Shown here: piece after piece, positions 1 through 12,889 of the stretch
How positions within the stretch are numbered: the stretch's first letter is position 1
How the letters are laid out: every line of letters starts with the position of its first letter
NCBI RefSeq assembly: GCF_001194135.2
Contig: NC_068981.1
Location: 179,334,840-179,387,406, forward strand
Origin: Octopus bimaculoides
Lineage: Eukaryota
Length of the DNA: 52,567 nt
Direction: 5' to 3'
The notes under the pieces: model-generated
Database searches by the model: none
The model's input: only the letters and a program-made list of their open reading frames with translations
Told to the model about the DNA's origin: nothing
Position numbers and translations under genes: made by a program

Positions 1-180
1 AAGAAGAAGAAGAAGAAGAAGAAGAAGAAGAAGAAGAAGAAGAAGAAGAAGAAGAAGAAGAAGAAGAAGAAGAAGAAGAAGAAGAAGAAGAAGAAGAAGA
101 AGGAGAAGAAGAGGAAGAAGGAGAAGAAGAAGAAGGAGGAGAAGAAGAAGAAGAAGGAGAAGAAGAAGAAGAAGAAGAAA
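1..180. repeat. (GAA)n/(GGA) microsatellite
   Basis: Pure AAG repeat degrading into AAG/GAG mosaic. Confidence 0.98.
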
Positions 181-419
181 TGGGTGATGATGACGATAGT
201 GTGGAAGACGAAAAGAACGAAGATGAGAATAGTGAATAAGACCGGTTTGAGCAGTATGAACATAAGTGTGTGCGTTTGTGCGCGCGCGCGCATGTATGTG
301 TGTGTGTGTGTGTGTGTGTGTATATGCGTGTGTGTGTGCGGCCGATTACACAAACACATCTACACCGCACGTATAAGTGTTCTGTCGAGATATACGTTAC
401 GTTTACATGTGCTACATGC

Positions 420-451
<32 letters not shown>

Positions 452-455
<4 letters not shown>

Positions 456-1240
456 AAACAGTAAATGAGTATATGCATATATACGTACAGGTATGTGCAT
501 ACCGACATCCACCTGTATGTATAGGTGCATATCTGGGTACAGGACATTGCAAACAAAACGTAGACGAAGAGCTGGGTAGGACGCATCGTTAAAACGGCTC
601 TTCCCATGGACCGCAAATTAAATTTGTATACACAAATTAAACCTTGCCATGGAGGAATGTAGTGGCGGACAAAAAACAAGACAGGAAAACAAATAGAAAA
701 GGCTTTACGGCCATACGGGAAAAATTATGTGTGTATGAACGCTGTGAGGCACGAACTTGAAAGTAGGGACGAAGTAAGTTCGCGTGTTTGCTCGGTGATA
801 GCCAAGGAAGAAAAGGATTATTGACCGGAAGCATGTGACCATGCCGGTGTAAGGAGAAGAGAGAGAGTGGTAGAGGGAGAAACAAAGGGTGGAAGTAGAA
901 GAATAGCAACGAGAGGAAAAGAGAAAGAGAGGAAGTACGAGGGGGGAAAAGAGATACGTAGTAGTAACAGAGGAAGAACGAGAGGGGGAAAAATGATAGA
1001 GGAAGAGAAAGAGAAAGAGATAGAGTAGCGTCGGAAAATATGAAGTTACGATAACTACTTACAAATTGGTGACGCTGCGTTCGGTCATGTAAAAACAAAC
1101 AGTAAATGAGTATATGCATATATACGTACAGGTATGTGCATACCGACATCCACCTGTATGTATAGACATTGCAAACAAAACGTAGACGAGAAAACACACA
1201 AGCCACATATAGAACATTCTTCTTCATCAGCTACCCCCGT
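452..1240 (-). mobile_element. Element bounded by ~100-bp direct repeats (452-568, 1091-1189); dispersed repeat, possibly PLE-derived
   Basis: The two copies are near identical except that ggtgcatatctgggtacag (19 nt) is present only in the first. The minus strand shares motifs with 49,927-50,158. Confidence 0.55.
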
Positions 1241-3759
1241 TTTAACACCGGCACTCTCATACGAGTGGGTACTGAAAAATTCTTGTCTTTGGGTAACAGA
1301 AAATACGAGAGGATTAGTTAATTATGATTTTATTCAAAATATTGCACTCACAGATTCACACATTTATTGCAAGGGTCCTGTAAAAGAACTCGGAAGGTTG
1401 GGCCTCCAGCCGAGCCTTTCCCGATACCCTTAAAGCCAGTTACTTTTGAACACCCCCTCGCATACATATTTATGTAGATACATAGATGATTATTGCTAGC
1501 TAGATGGATCGCTTTCTTTGTCTATGTATATAAGTATATTTGCATATGCTTAAACACATACATATACATATAAAACAGCTTCATGTAGTGGTGAACAGTC
1601 AACGGCGTTAGAAAGCATAAACATGGAAGTTATACTTGAGAAATGTTAACCGACATGGAGGTGATGAATACTAGAAAAAAGCCCCCTGTATCGTGATGAT
1701 ACGCGCTGGTTATCAAAATGGCGACACCATGACTGCTGTTCAATACTCTATGAACTGTAAAGGCTGTCAGACGTGACATGAACATGTTCAACAGAGACAA
1801 CACAGTGGCCTGCGTCATAGCAGTCGTTCGGACTGAGACAGAGTGAGAGAGAGAGAAACAAGCGTACATATTTATTTCGAAATAGCATTTCGTAGATATA
1901 ACGAGCATTTTTTATTTTCATTATGCAATGGTTAGTAGCAGAGAACTCAATGTTAAATATTCCTATTCAGTTGTTCTTAATGTTAAACTAAAACCGAATA
2001 TATACTCGAAACAGACATAACCAACCGCGTACTATCTATTACATACATATATTTTATATATATTCCCGATAGAGTCCATGTTCTCCTACGCGTGAAATAT
2101 TGATGTCTTTGTTTTAGATTTAGTTGTTTATGGATCAAACAGATCTATGTTCCAAACGTTTTTCTTTTTTTTTTGCTGTCTTAATGGTTTAAATATATGA
2201 ATATTTTATCCGATCGAAACTGTACTTGTTTTTTAAGGATATCGCATTCTGTAGTATCATGGATAACTCGTTGTTATATATATTGCAGTTTATGTAACCA
2301 CGTATAGGCTACCTCAAATGCAACACGTATTTAGTGGATTGGCAGTGTATAAACTTGAGCTAGCATATTTTCCACGAGCAAAAGGCATAATTATTATTGA
2401 CGTTGCATTCTTTTATAATTACCAGCATCATCATTGCGTCACTTTATACACGATTATAGTTACTTTTCAGTAATTTTCGCTAACAAGTATTTGAAATTTT
2501 CTCCAATAAAAAGATCTACTTTACACGAGCATACACTACTTGCATAAGAAATGAAGATAAAAGCAAAGTTTTAATTTCTTGAATTTTGCACTTTATTCCA
2601 TCCATCACTCAACTTTTCTACAATAAATTTTATCTACATGCTTTTATATAAGAAAATAGATTTTACTGGCCTCATAATTCGATCTGTAATGTTTTAACGT
2701 TTTTCAAGTTTCAGTAACTCACGTCATTTGCTCGATTACAATAATAAAAAAGGAAAAATCCTTTCAAATAATTTCAATTTAAAATTGAACTATATGTATT
2801 ATATGGAGAGGTTTGTGAGGAATATATTTCAAAACTATTATTTGCATATGATACAGGAGCAATTTTATAGCTGGACAATATTAACCTTAACTTTAACGTC
2901 TATAGTAGTTTGCCAACATAGAGAAAGAAAATAATATTCGTAAGACAATTGACATATGATAAAGAAAAGTCAAGTAATATATACAATGTTGAGTGAAATG
3001 AGAAACACTTTGGTTCTTCAACTCGTATCTTCACACAGTATACGCCGTATGTAAGTGTACGCGTGAATATACGTTTGGTTGTTGCACATAAGCACCTAGG
3101 TATAGTGTGAGGGAGTGTGTGCGAAAGGGAGAGAGGGAGGGAGAGAGAGAGACAGGGGGTAGAGAAAGGGGAGAGAGAGAGAGAGAGGGTAGAGAAAGGG
3201 GAGAGAGAGAGAGAGAGAGTGCAACGGTCAAACATATTGTCTCAGTTCTTTTAAGCCGGCAGTACAAGGTAGTTTACAATCCAAACGTTGAACATTTGGT
3301 TACTCGATATCACTCATTGTAAAGAGAACATCACAAGACATACTATTTTCGGGGAATTTACTGTTGATCTCGAAATGATTTCAAATGAAATATAGCATAG
3401 CAAAAATCCAACAACCAAATATGTTAACTACATGCATGCATAAAACACCAATAACATAACGACACAAATAACAACCCGAATCTCAATCGCTTTAGTATAT
3501 CAATAAAAATAAATATTTAAGAACTGAATATAAAATTCACATCATTAATTTTTCCTCAATAAATTAAATGAACTGAAACTCATTTCTGCTTTGATACAAT
3601 GGATAATAAATTAAAGAGCATCTACACGTTACAAAAGATTAACTGTAAGAATATACACAACTTAACGTGACAGTCCCAATAAGGGAATATTATACTGTTA
3701 TTTAGCACTAGGAAGCTGGACCGCTTCCTGTTGGCCTTAACACATTTCCGGTGTCCTTA

Positions 3760-3894
3760 TCTTTGCGAGGGGGAGACAAACTCCTCAACCCAGCCTATCC
3801 TGCATTCAGGGACATGTTTCTAAGTCTTTGCTCGTCATCAGCCTGAAGTAGCACGATTAGCTGTTTGAAAAAGTCTGTTTACCTCTCGCAAAGA
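3760..3894. mobile_element. MITE with 22-bp imperfect TIRs and TA target duplication (Tc1/mariner type)
   Basis: Left end tctttgcgagggggagacaaac matches the reverse complement of the right end tctttgcgagaggtaaacagac at 18/22. TA at 3758-3759 and 3895-3896. Confidence 0.7.
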
Positions 3895-4396
3895 TATACT
3901 ATTTCAGTGAAATACATTCACTGGTTACAAAAATTAGAAATAATACATTTCTAACAACTACTTTATCGCATCACTACTGCTTAAGTCTCTCTGAGAGATT
4001 TAGAAATGTATTATTTCTAATATACACACCGTTTGGTGGAATTTCACCGTAATAAGAAATGGGCCTCACGGAACGCGTTACTCTTTTCTATATTACATTT
4101 GACAGTCAGTGTGCCACGGTATGGGGTAGTATACGACTCCTTTATTGATATGCACCCTCAACATCAAACCTTCTAAATTTAGACTTGTGGAAAAGAGGTG
4201 AGTTAATATTCTTCAGAAGTGTACATGGTTTCTAATCTATAATACATTTTTATAGCATATCTGCATATAAATGGTAAAAGAATCATAGCTAACAGCTGTC
4301 AGCTTATACAATGACCTAAAGTAATAGTTTCAACGATCTCTGTCGTCAATATAACATTTTTAATATATATTTATATATATATATATATATATATAT

Positions 4397-4670
4397 AAGT
4401 CGATGAAGAAGATGATGATGATAATGAGAATGGTGTTGGTGTAGTAGCGAGTGATGACGCAACATCGTCATAGCATTTTGGTGTCATGGGTTTGACACTA
4501 GCCGTTGAGGCACCGTCACTAGTGTTGTCGGTACCTGTTTGAACTACCCCTGAAAGTACAGAAGCTGTTCTTTCGGTGTCTGGGGTTCTAGAATTAAGAG
4601 TGTTTACTGAAGATTTTAAGAATGGTGACTGTGAAGATGTTGGTATTCTATCAGCTAGAGTTAACTCCAT
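4397..4670 (-). CDS. Candidate Ser/Thr-rich coding exon, product unknown
   Basis: About 90 open codons (MELTLADRIPTSSQSPFLKSS...) with C-rich second and A/T-rich third codon positions, and aaacaATGG start context. No family recognised; donor site uncertain. Confidence 0.4.
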
Positions 4671-4674
4671 TGTT

Positions 4675-4676
<2 letters not shown>

Positions 4677-4706
<30 letters not shown>

Positions 4707-4770
4707 TGTATGTATGTATGTATGTATGTATGTATGCATGCATGCATGTATGCATGTATGTATATATATA
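4677..4770. repeat. (TATG)n microsatellite abutting gap 4771-4878
   Basis: Direct reading. Confidence 0.95.
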
Positions 4771-5127
4771 NNNNNNNNNNNNNNNNNNNNNNNNNNNNNN
4801 NNNNNNNNNNNNNNNNNNNNNNNNNNNNNNNNNNNNNNNNNNNNNNNNNNNNNNNNNNNNNNNNNNNNNNNNNNNNNNGTGTGTCGAATGAATTAAAGAC
4901 AAAAAGCAAAGTAGTTTTTAAGCATTTCAAGCACAGATATCAGGAGCCAAAAATAAAAATTCTTGGAGAACAAATGACTCAACTTTAAGTGTAGCATTTC
5001 CAGAAATATACAAACTCTCATACGAAAACGAAACAAACCTACCGAAAACAGGCGAACAAGCAACTTAGCTAAACATTCTATGACAGAAATACATTTGTTG
5101 GAATAACAGAGGCTGAAGGAAGACATG

Positions 5128-5528
5128 AATTATTTTATTCTTTTACTTGTTTCAGTCATTTAACTGCGGCTATGCTGGAGCACCGCCTTTAGTCGAACAA
5201 CTCGACCCCATAACTTATTCTTTGTAAGACTAGTACTTATTCTATCTGTCTCTTTTGCTGAACCGCTAAGTTACGGGCACGAAAACACACCAACATCGGT
5301 TGTCAAGCGATGATGGGGAGACAAACACAGCCACGAAGACTCAAATAAATATAGTCGTGTATATATACGACGGGCTTCTTTCAGTCTCCGTCTACCAAAT
5401 TCACACACAAGCCTTTGGTTGACCCAAGGCTATAGTAAAGGACACTTGCCCAAAGTGCCACGTAGTGGAACTGAGCCCGGAACCATGTGGTTTGGGAAGC
5501 AAGTTTCTTACCACACAGCCACACCTGA
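5128..5528 (-). mobile_element. tRNA-derived SINE, family A, near full length
   Basis: Minus strand runs from head gtggctgtgtggtaagaaacttgc...ggttccgggctcagttcc to tail ...aatgactgaaacaagtaaaag. Homologous to copies at 19.3, 25.0, 27.9, 30.9, 34.5 and 36.0 kb. Confidence 0.9.
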
Positions 5529-5799
5529 AAAGTGATCTGAAAGTTAATTATGTAAAATTAATTCTAAATCTTTTCTCCCCCGTTTTCTTACTATAAAGTT
5601 TTATGTCGCACCACTGTATCGGGTGAACAAAGAGATAAATATATACACTAGAAAGGCAGCCTTTGGTTCGATGCTATTCTGGCTCACGAAAATCAAGCAT
5701 GAATGTCAAGGTGAAAGGCCTAAAAAATATTCACCTGAGTACTCTAGATGATGGAAAAGAAGTTTTAATAGCATTGAAAGAAGAATTCATTATATTAAT

Positions 5800-5808
5800 T
5801 CACACACA

Positions 5809-5850
<42 letters not shown>

Positions 5851-6005
5851 CTCTCTCTCTCCTCTCTCTCACACGTACACATACACACACACTCACACAC
5901 TCAGTCTCTCTCCCTCCTCTCTCTCACGCGTACACATTCACACACACACACACTCACACACTCACTCTCTCTCTCTCCTCTCTCTCACGCGTACACACAC
6001 ACACA
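5800..6005. repeat. Higher-order CA/CT compound repeat, about three 60-bp units
   Basis: The block ctctctctcac[a/g]cgtacaca recurs three times between CA runs. Confidence 0.85.
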
Positions 6006-6639
6006 CAAATGAAATTCATGGTACAACTGGGAAATTATAGTTCCGCTTTTGTTCCCTTACACGTAAGTAAAATAATGAAATAGACATTGCAAAAAAATGA
6101 TCTCTCCTTAGAAAACAACAATTTACAAAATTGTATTAGAACTTCAGAGAGAAAATGCATTATGCGTTCCCGTAGCTAAACTTCTTAAATGATTGCTGAC
6201 TCAAATACTACTCGATGTACACAGAGGTGTGATTAATATACTGCTTGATAAATATTGCGGTATGATGAAAATACTGTTTGAAGTAGATTGCAGTAAGACG
6301 AAAATGCTGTTTGAAATACAGAGTGGTGTTACTGTATTTCTGGAACGCATGGAAAGCTACAATGAAAATATCTTTGACTTAATCTCGGACCCTGTGCATG
6401 TTCAGTTATTCCAGCAATTAACGAAATAATATTATAAGATACGCCAAGTATTCGTGAACAATGTTTTGAAGGCTACAAATGGAATACAAACTACCATAAT
6501 GGTACGTGGCATAGTCTAAATTTTAGTTATCTGATCCCTTTCAGACCTACTTCACAGCAGAGTTTGATCTGACGTATGAACGTATGAAGTTAAAAGCATG
6601 CGCTGTAAATCACTGTTAACGATGGACACATAACCAAAT

Positions 6640-7060
6640 ATACGTAAGAGAAAGGCGGTATTGTCAAGATAACAATATTACAGCCTCTTTCAGGCCATCA
6701 AAAATAAGGAATATTAAAGGCAAACATTATACACATAAGAGAAAGCAATGGTCATGGCTCTACTAACCAAGCACAACGGCTACAAGACCGTCAGCTTCTC
6801 GGATGTGAGTGCGTCATTTGCGCTTAGGGTTGAGAAAGAGGTGTCAGCCTCTTGCAGGACGCGTTATCTATAACCAAGATAAAGAATCCTTTTCAGCAAT
6901 GAAGTTCGTCTTGCTGATCAAAGATATCATATGCCGAGATCTCGGGAGACATCGTGGGTGTGGTGCGCAGTATAAGGATCGTCTGATACAGGCATGCAGT
7001 CGCTCCGTGTCTGCATGTGGGGGGTCATCAAACATGCAGTTAGTTTTGTTGAATGGTCTA
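6640..7060 (+). pseudogene. Tc1-like transposase remnant, first part of the DDE domain
   Basis: One frame reads RILFSNEVRL (6883-6912) ... VCMWGVI (7009-7029), resembling Tc1 motifs VLFSDESRF and VMVWGAI. In-frame stops present. Confidence 0.55.
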
Positions 7061-7829
7061 TTTATTTGATGTATCTAGTTGAACGTGTGTTCTTTATATT
7101 ATAGATGTATGTATTTTTCTAATAGGGGGCTTGTTTTCTTGAGCTGTTTTGTTCCTAAATACCTATGCATCTGCCATACTCTACATTAATATTCATCCAC
7201 TTCGTTTTCTATATTTTTTTGTCTCTCAAATGCTTTTAACAAATCCGCCATACATTTCTATGTTATGTGTCACACTGAGAGCTGTCATCACGTGCAAACT
7301 ATTAATAAATATTTAAAGCTAAATGGTTGTAGCTAGCGGTATACTATCAACAAAACTTATCAGTGACGTCCTATTATCTTGTTGGACTTCTTTAGTTAAG
7401 TAACAAATATAACTGATCATTTCACCAAAGGATTTTGTTACATGGATGATACAAATGTAGTACTGAGGTGAATATTTTCTGTAATAAGAAATTAACGGGA
7501 AAAATTATTTGATATACGACTTCTATCGAAACAATACTATGCAAGTCATCATAACGCTGTTATATACTCCTAAGATATGGTAAGACATTTTCAATGAGAT
7601 GTCTTACGCGGCTGTAAACAGAGCCTGATCTAAAAGCTGAATAACTTCGAACGACTTCAGAATGTTTCTATTTGGAGTAAGATAAATTCTGTCATGCTCA
7701 AATTAGCTTTTTTGACTTATGCGTCGTAAGTTATTACGATTACCCAAGGGAATTTTCTATGATAATGGGATGGAAAAAATATATTTGCTAAGATGTCTGG
7801 ATAGTTAATTGTTTTCTATCTTTTAATAA

Positions 7830-8130
7830 GGAGGAAAAGCAGTGCACATAACCATTACAAGCCTTTGAAATTGATCGGACGGGGTTGGTAAGCTAGCCTC
7901 AATCTAGGGATCTACCCTGCATGCTCACAAAAGAATTGATTCTGCTAAAAGCGCCAAGAAACCAAGCAGTAATGTTAGACCAGGCAATGTATTATGGTCA
8001 CCACACATGTAGTCTGTGGCAGGATTTGAAGGCAACACAGAGAGAGCTGGAACAATTAGCACGAGATATCTGGTTCGACTGTCTTAAATTTCTACCAATC
8101 TACCGCTCTGTATTTGCTTTTGTTTATGGA
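7830..8130 (+). pseudogene. Tc1-like transposase remnant, C-terminal part
   Basis: *PQSRDLPC (7894-7920) resembles WPxxSPDLNPIE, followed in frame by LWQDLK...ELEQLARDIW. Confidence 0.55.
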
Positions 8131-9644
8131 TCTCAACAAGTTAAAAGATAAATTAAACTTCAATGAGATTTGAAAAGAGAGGTTACTTATCCAATGCTAG
8201 AACAATTTCATTCAGTAAAACATTAGCTAAACTGTTGGGGAAAGTACGAAAACCTATTAAACAAAAGTTACAAGAGAGAGTATGTAAGATATATCACCAT
8301 CCATATCTGCAAGAATGAAGTATGAGACATCGATATGTACTACCGAATCAACAAGACAAAGATAGCATCATTTTCATGGATCTCATCGTGAGAAATCAAC
8401 AAAAAGCGCTGTGATTCAGCAGACTTGTTTTCAAATGACCCAGTTGTATACTCACAGATTTTAGCAATAATAATTGCGAATTATTAAGAACTTAGGTTCA
8501 AAATTGAGCAAAATTTAGTCAGAATCATTGCAACGCTTAATAATGTATTATGTGAATGTTCGTATATATTTTATGTTTTAAAATCAAAATTTCTTCCAGC
8601 ATATCATCTACGTCTGTTTTGACTAGTATAGAAAGATGTAGATAATGTGCTTGATTTTAAACTGGTAAATGTTCAATTGAAGTCAAGCCAAGAGGGAGGT
8701 TAACTGCGAGCATTGCCGTTAAATTGAATAGTACAGTAATTCATGGCCGCCCGTGAGGAGAATCTTGCCGCTAGCTAAAGGTGAGATGGATAAAAATTTA
8801 AGAGCTTATCTACGTTTGTCCGTGACAGCAAAGAGAAAAAGTTATATAGTCGAGTGTTCTCTTTTTGTAGCAAAAACATTGTCTCCAAGTTACAAGTTAC
8901 TGAGTCATTAAAATAACAGGCTCACAACAATGAAAGGAAAATGATTGTGTTCTCTTATAACAACTAAAATATGGCAATGAGGATAGCAGTCTCTCTAACT
9001 GCCAAAAAATAACAGCCGTGACAAGACGGTGAAACGTTTTCTTTTAGTAGCTAAAAATGCTCCATATTTCTAGTTCCTGGTCGGCCAAAATAACAACTGT
9101 GATTACAGTAAAACTAAAATCGTCAGCAGTAGAAAGAATCGCTACAGATCACATATCCTCCGCCATTTATTGTGGAAATATTTTATTGTTGATATCTAAT
9201 TCAGAGAATTAGTTTCCATATTTCAGTCACAGTTTCTTCTGCAGTTATTAACTACGTTTCGTCAGCACACACAAAAAAAACAACATATTTTTACGCTGGT
9301 GATGTTCTGCTTAGTTTCAATCACATGTGCAGTAGAATTGTTGCACCACGTGATGAATATACAGTCTCTGAACAACAACTAAAGTCTTGTTGATTATCAA
9401 TAACGGTTACAAAGTACCTACGTTCAGTTCCTGCTTCAGAATCATATTTAATTCTTTGTTGTATCTCATCTCTCTCGTCTCATATTTTCACACATTCACT
9501 TTGCAGATCACTTCTCAACTTCCCTTTTAATCATATTCAGTTGTGTTTTCCGTTTTACTTTCCAGAGTGAGAAGTAGACAATGTTCAAGATGAGCTGACA
9601 TCAAAAATACAATTAAGCTAAAATTAAGTATTCTTTATTTAAAG

Positions 9645-10660
9645 TACTAGCAGAGGCACCCGGCGTTGCTCGGGAATGAAATTGTTGCTTATATACTTGA
9701 AGAAAAAAAAGGCAAAATATGCTGTATAGAAATTTGAGGACATTCTGTAGATGGACTCTCAGATGAATGATGGCTGGGCGCCTCTCATGAATGGGGAAAC
9801 ATTGAAGATGTGCCAAAAAGCCTCATTGGTACTTGGAAACTTTTACGAAAATTAAAATGGGGATTAAATGAAAGAAATGATTTACGTGAATATCCTCACA
9901 AGAGTAATTGAAATAAATGGCGATTGTGGAACCCCCCACGCGCGCATACACACGTGTGTCTTTGTAAATATGTTTGTATACGTTTATGTATGCGTGTGTT
10001 TGTAAGAGACAGAGTGTGAGTGAGAGAGAGAGGTTTGTTGTCTTGTATACGTACATGNNNNNNNNNNNNNNNNNNNNNNNNNNNNNNNNNNNNNNNNNNN
10101 NNNNNNNNNNNNNNNNNNNNNNNNNNNNNNNNNNNNNNNNNNNNNNNNNNNNNNNNNNNNNNNNNNNNNNNNNNNNNNNNNNNNNNNNNNNNNNNNNNNN
10201 NNNNNNNNNNNNNNNNNNNNNNNNNNNNNNNNNNNNNNNNNNNNNNNNNNNNNNNNNNNNNNNNNNNNNNNNNNNNNNNNNNNNNNNNNNNNNNNNNNNN
10301 NNNNNNNNNNNNNNNNNNNNNNNNNNNNNNNNNNNNNNNNNNNNNNNNNNNNNNNNNNNNNNNNNNNNNNNNNNNNNNNNNNNNNNNNNNNNNACACACT
10401 CACACACAAAATAGAGAGTGAAGCTTTTTTTGCCGTTGTTACGTCAATACCGGAAGTTGACATTGAGGAACCTTTTTAAAGAAGTGAATCTTAAATATAA
10501 AGCAATATTATTTATTTTTAATTAAAAAAATCAAATGAAGAGCCTAAGATTTATCCGAGGTCAAATTATTCACGCATCACAAGTATGGAAGCATTTGGTG
10601 AAGTCGATTTCACGTGAAAAACGATTACACACACATCTCTGTTTTATATATAGTATAGAT
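9645..10660 (+). mobile_element. Non-autonomous Helitron/Helentron-like element spanning gap 10058-10393
   Basis: The 5' end tactagcagaggcacccggcgttgctcggg and 3' end ...acacacacatctctgttttatatatagtatagat match the recalled Lep1/DINE-1-type layout (ACTAG start with short inverted repeat, microsatellite, TATAGAT end). Confidence 0.6.
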
Positions 10661-11699
10661 ATAAAATATTCTCTCCCTCGTTTGTCGAAAGATTTCTTTA
10701 AGTGTATTTAGTGTTTACTGTTACAAACAGTATTTCTACAATTACATTTTCCTTTATCGATTTACTAGTAATTTTATTCTAAATTTATAGATATTTTCAA
10801 TTAATTCACAGTTGCACTAATTGGAGAATGATATGTATATCTCTATAGTATAGTATGCATGTTAATTAAAAACAAAAAAATGAACGATAAGTTTTGCAGA
10901 CAAAGTGAAAAGTTTGTGTTCCAGAGGGGTTAATTATATATAGTTCGTTGTTTATTATTACACTGGTGTCGAGACAAAATCGATAAGCTTGTAAAAATAT
11001 ATTTTGTTTTCCTGCAATGAGACGATAGACATGTAAATATGATGAGATAAATAACTAAGTTTTTCAATTAATGAGTAAAATAAGTGTGACATTGTAAATA
11101 ATTTTCTTAATAAATCGCCTTCCTCTAAATTCATGCTTGACAATTCTTCTCGTAAAATCTTAGTTTTAAAACAATATAAAAATTATATATAATAAATGGC
11201 AACGTACTGAAATAAATGTTATTCAGAGTTCGCAAATTCTTGGAGAATACTAATGATGGTTGAGAAAATATATATGAGAAAATCGAAACCAAACTAGGAG
11301 CACTCAGAAGAGATTTACTATCCTTAAGTTATATCGCCTCGAAATGCCGAATGAATTTTAACGAGTCTATTTTTAATTTATTTCTACGGTACTTACCAAA
11401 TGTATTTTTAATTAGGCTAATTATCTCCAAGTAAAGTTGCTGACTTGATGAATTTTATTATTCTGTTAGACGTTTCACTATTTTTGAATTTAATATTTAA
11501 TCATTTTTATGTAATTTATGTCAATGACCCTTCGTTGATAATAGACACAACAGTTGCAGCTTATACGAACAATAATTACTTCTTCACAATATTTCAAATG
11601 ACACGAGTAATCAACGGTAGAAACGGAAGTGTGTCCGATTAGATGACATTTTAAAATACCTTAGTCATAACAAGTGCACTGCCCAAGACTATATACAGG

Positions 11700-12800
11700 A
11701 TCTCCTTCACTAATGGGAGAAGAAGAAGAATTCCTCCTCAGTGTGAATATCGTCATAAATCTTGGTGCTTGTATTAAAACGAGCAGCAGACCATGTCAAC
11801 CAACAAAAAATAGTATCGATATATCTAGCAGGCTTCCATACAATACAGTTTCTATCTCCGAAATTTCAGTTACAAAGATTTGGTTGCCCTTATGCTACAG
11901 TTGAAGGCATTTCTACAAATTGCGCACAGTAGGAATTTCAAAGTGAAATTCTGCTAGCGAATATATGGCTCTGTGCATTAGTCGTAAAATACCATTATAT
12001 TTTAAGCACAAATCCAGCTAACGTAAACATTACCTTTTTTCATCTTCCTTCAATTGATTTTCTCATGTTAGACAAAATTTACTCTATGATTTCTCCAACA
12101 GTTAAATCTATTGCATCATCAGGAATATCATGTTTCATGCTGGTATGAATCAAACCAGAATTTCATGTGCATTAGAAGTAATATGGCAAATGGTATATGA
12201 ACTGACTCGTGTCCTAGGATTTATAGGAACGGTTACGCGTTTTCCATCGTGTATAAACAACTGAGATCCCAACGTTCCTTCTGAACTTATGCCAGTCCGA
12301 CGCATGGTTGCTACTTTACAGCTGAGAGAACTGGAATAGTTGCGAAATGAAATGTCCTATTCCAGGACACAACGCACCACCCGGTCGAGAGATAGAAACC
12401 ACGATCGGAAAAGCGTAGGTGCAAAACCGTTACCACTAGGCCTTTTGCCTTCACATATGTTACATGTGCCATCTCTGAACGATCTACATTCACTTCCTGT
12501 TTCAGAATGATGTCAGATTGATTCATAATGATTTTACAAGTGTTACCTTTTTTTGTTTTTCGGAAGCGAATTATGTCAATTTTTTTGAGCCATTCTCTCC
12601 CAATGATGATTGTGTGCGTATATTAAATAACCCTTATTTTATCACTACCACGGTTTCTTCATACACTATCCTTACAGCTGCTGTGATTAATTCCCTTCTT
12701 AAAACTATTAAGTTTATTGGAACGGATATGTTCGAAAAATCGGTCACATCGCTTGATCTGATATAATTTTATAGACATTGAAAGAATTAAATCCGATGCT
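11700..12800 (-). pseudogene. Penelope-like reverse transcriptase remnant, interrupted by a SINE
   Basis: Ordered motifs across frameshifts: KKGNTCKIIMNQSD (cf. ADKGNxxVIMNRxDY), IHDGKRVTVPINP (cf. KIHKxxxPLRPIVS), DIPDDAIDL, FVLKI*WYF, ARYIDTIFCW (cf. RYIDDIF). Confidence 0.6.
12312..12442 (-). mobile_element. tRNA-derived SINE 5' fragment inserted in the PLE RT
   Basis: Minus strand ggcctagtggtaacgg...ggtttctatctctcgaccgggtggtgcgttgtgtcc (A and B box-like); similar to 22,080-22,180. Confidence 0.7.
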
Positions 12801-12889
12801 GAGACCAGAATTTAGAGATGTAAACATAAATTTCCAGTAATGATATCAAATGCCCTATTAAATTCCGTCATCCAATGTCCTTAATTCTA

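Noticed and set aside
4106-4197. Plus-strand exon-like segment with GAG|GTGAGT donor
   Set aside because: Stops in all frames and no partner exon; can occur by chance.
6193-6429. 78-aa ORF MLTQILLDVHRG...
   Set aside because: No recognisable motif or splice support; length is within chance range.
10439-10457. ETS plus CRE-like motifs as a host promoter
   Set aside because: They lie inside the Helitron-like element and no downstream gene is evident.
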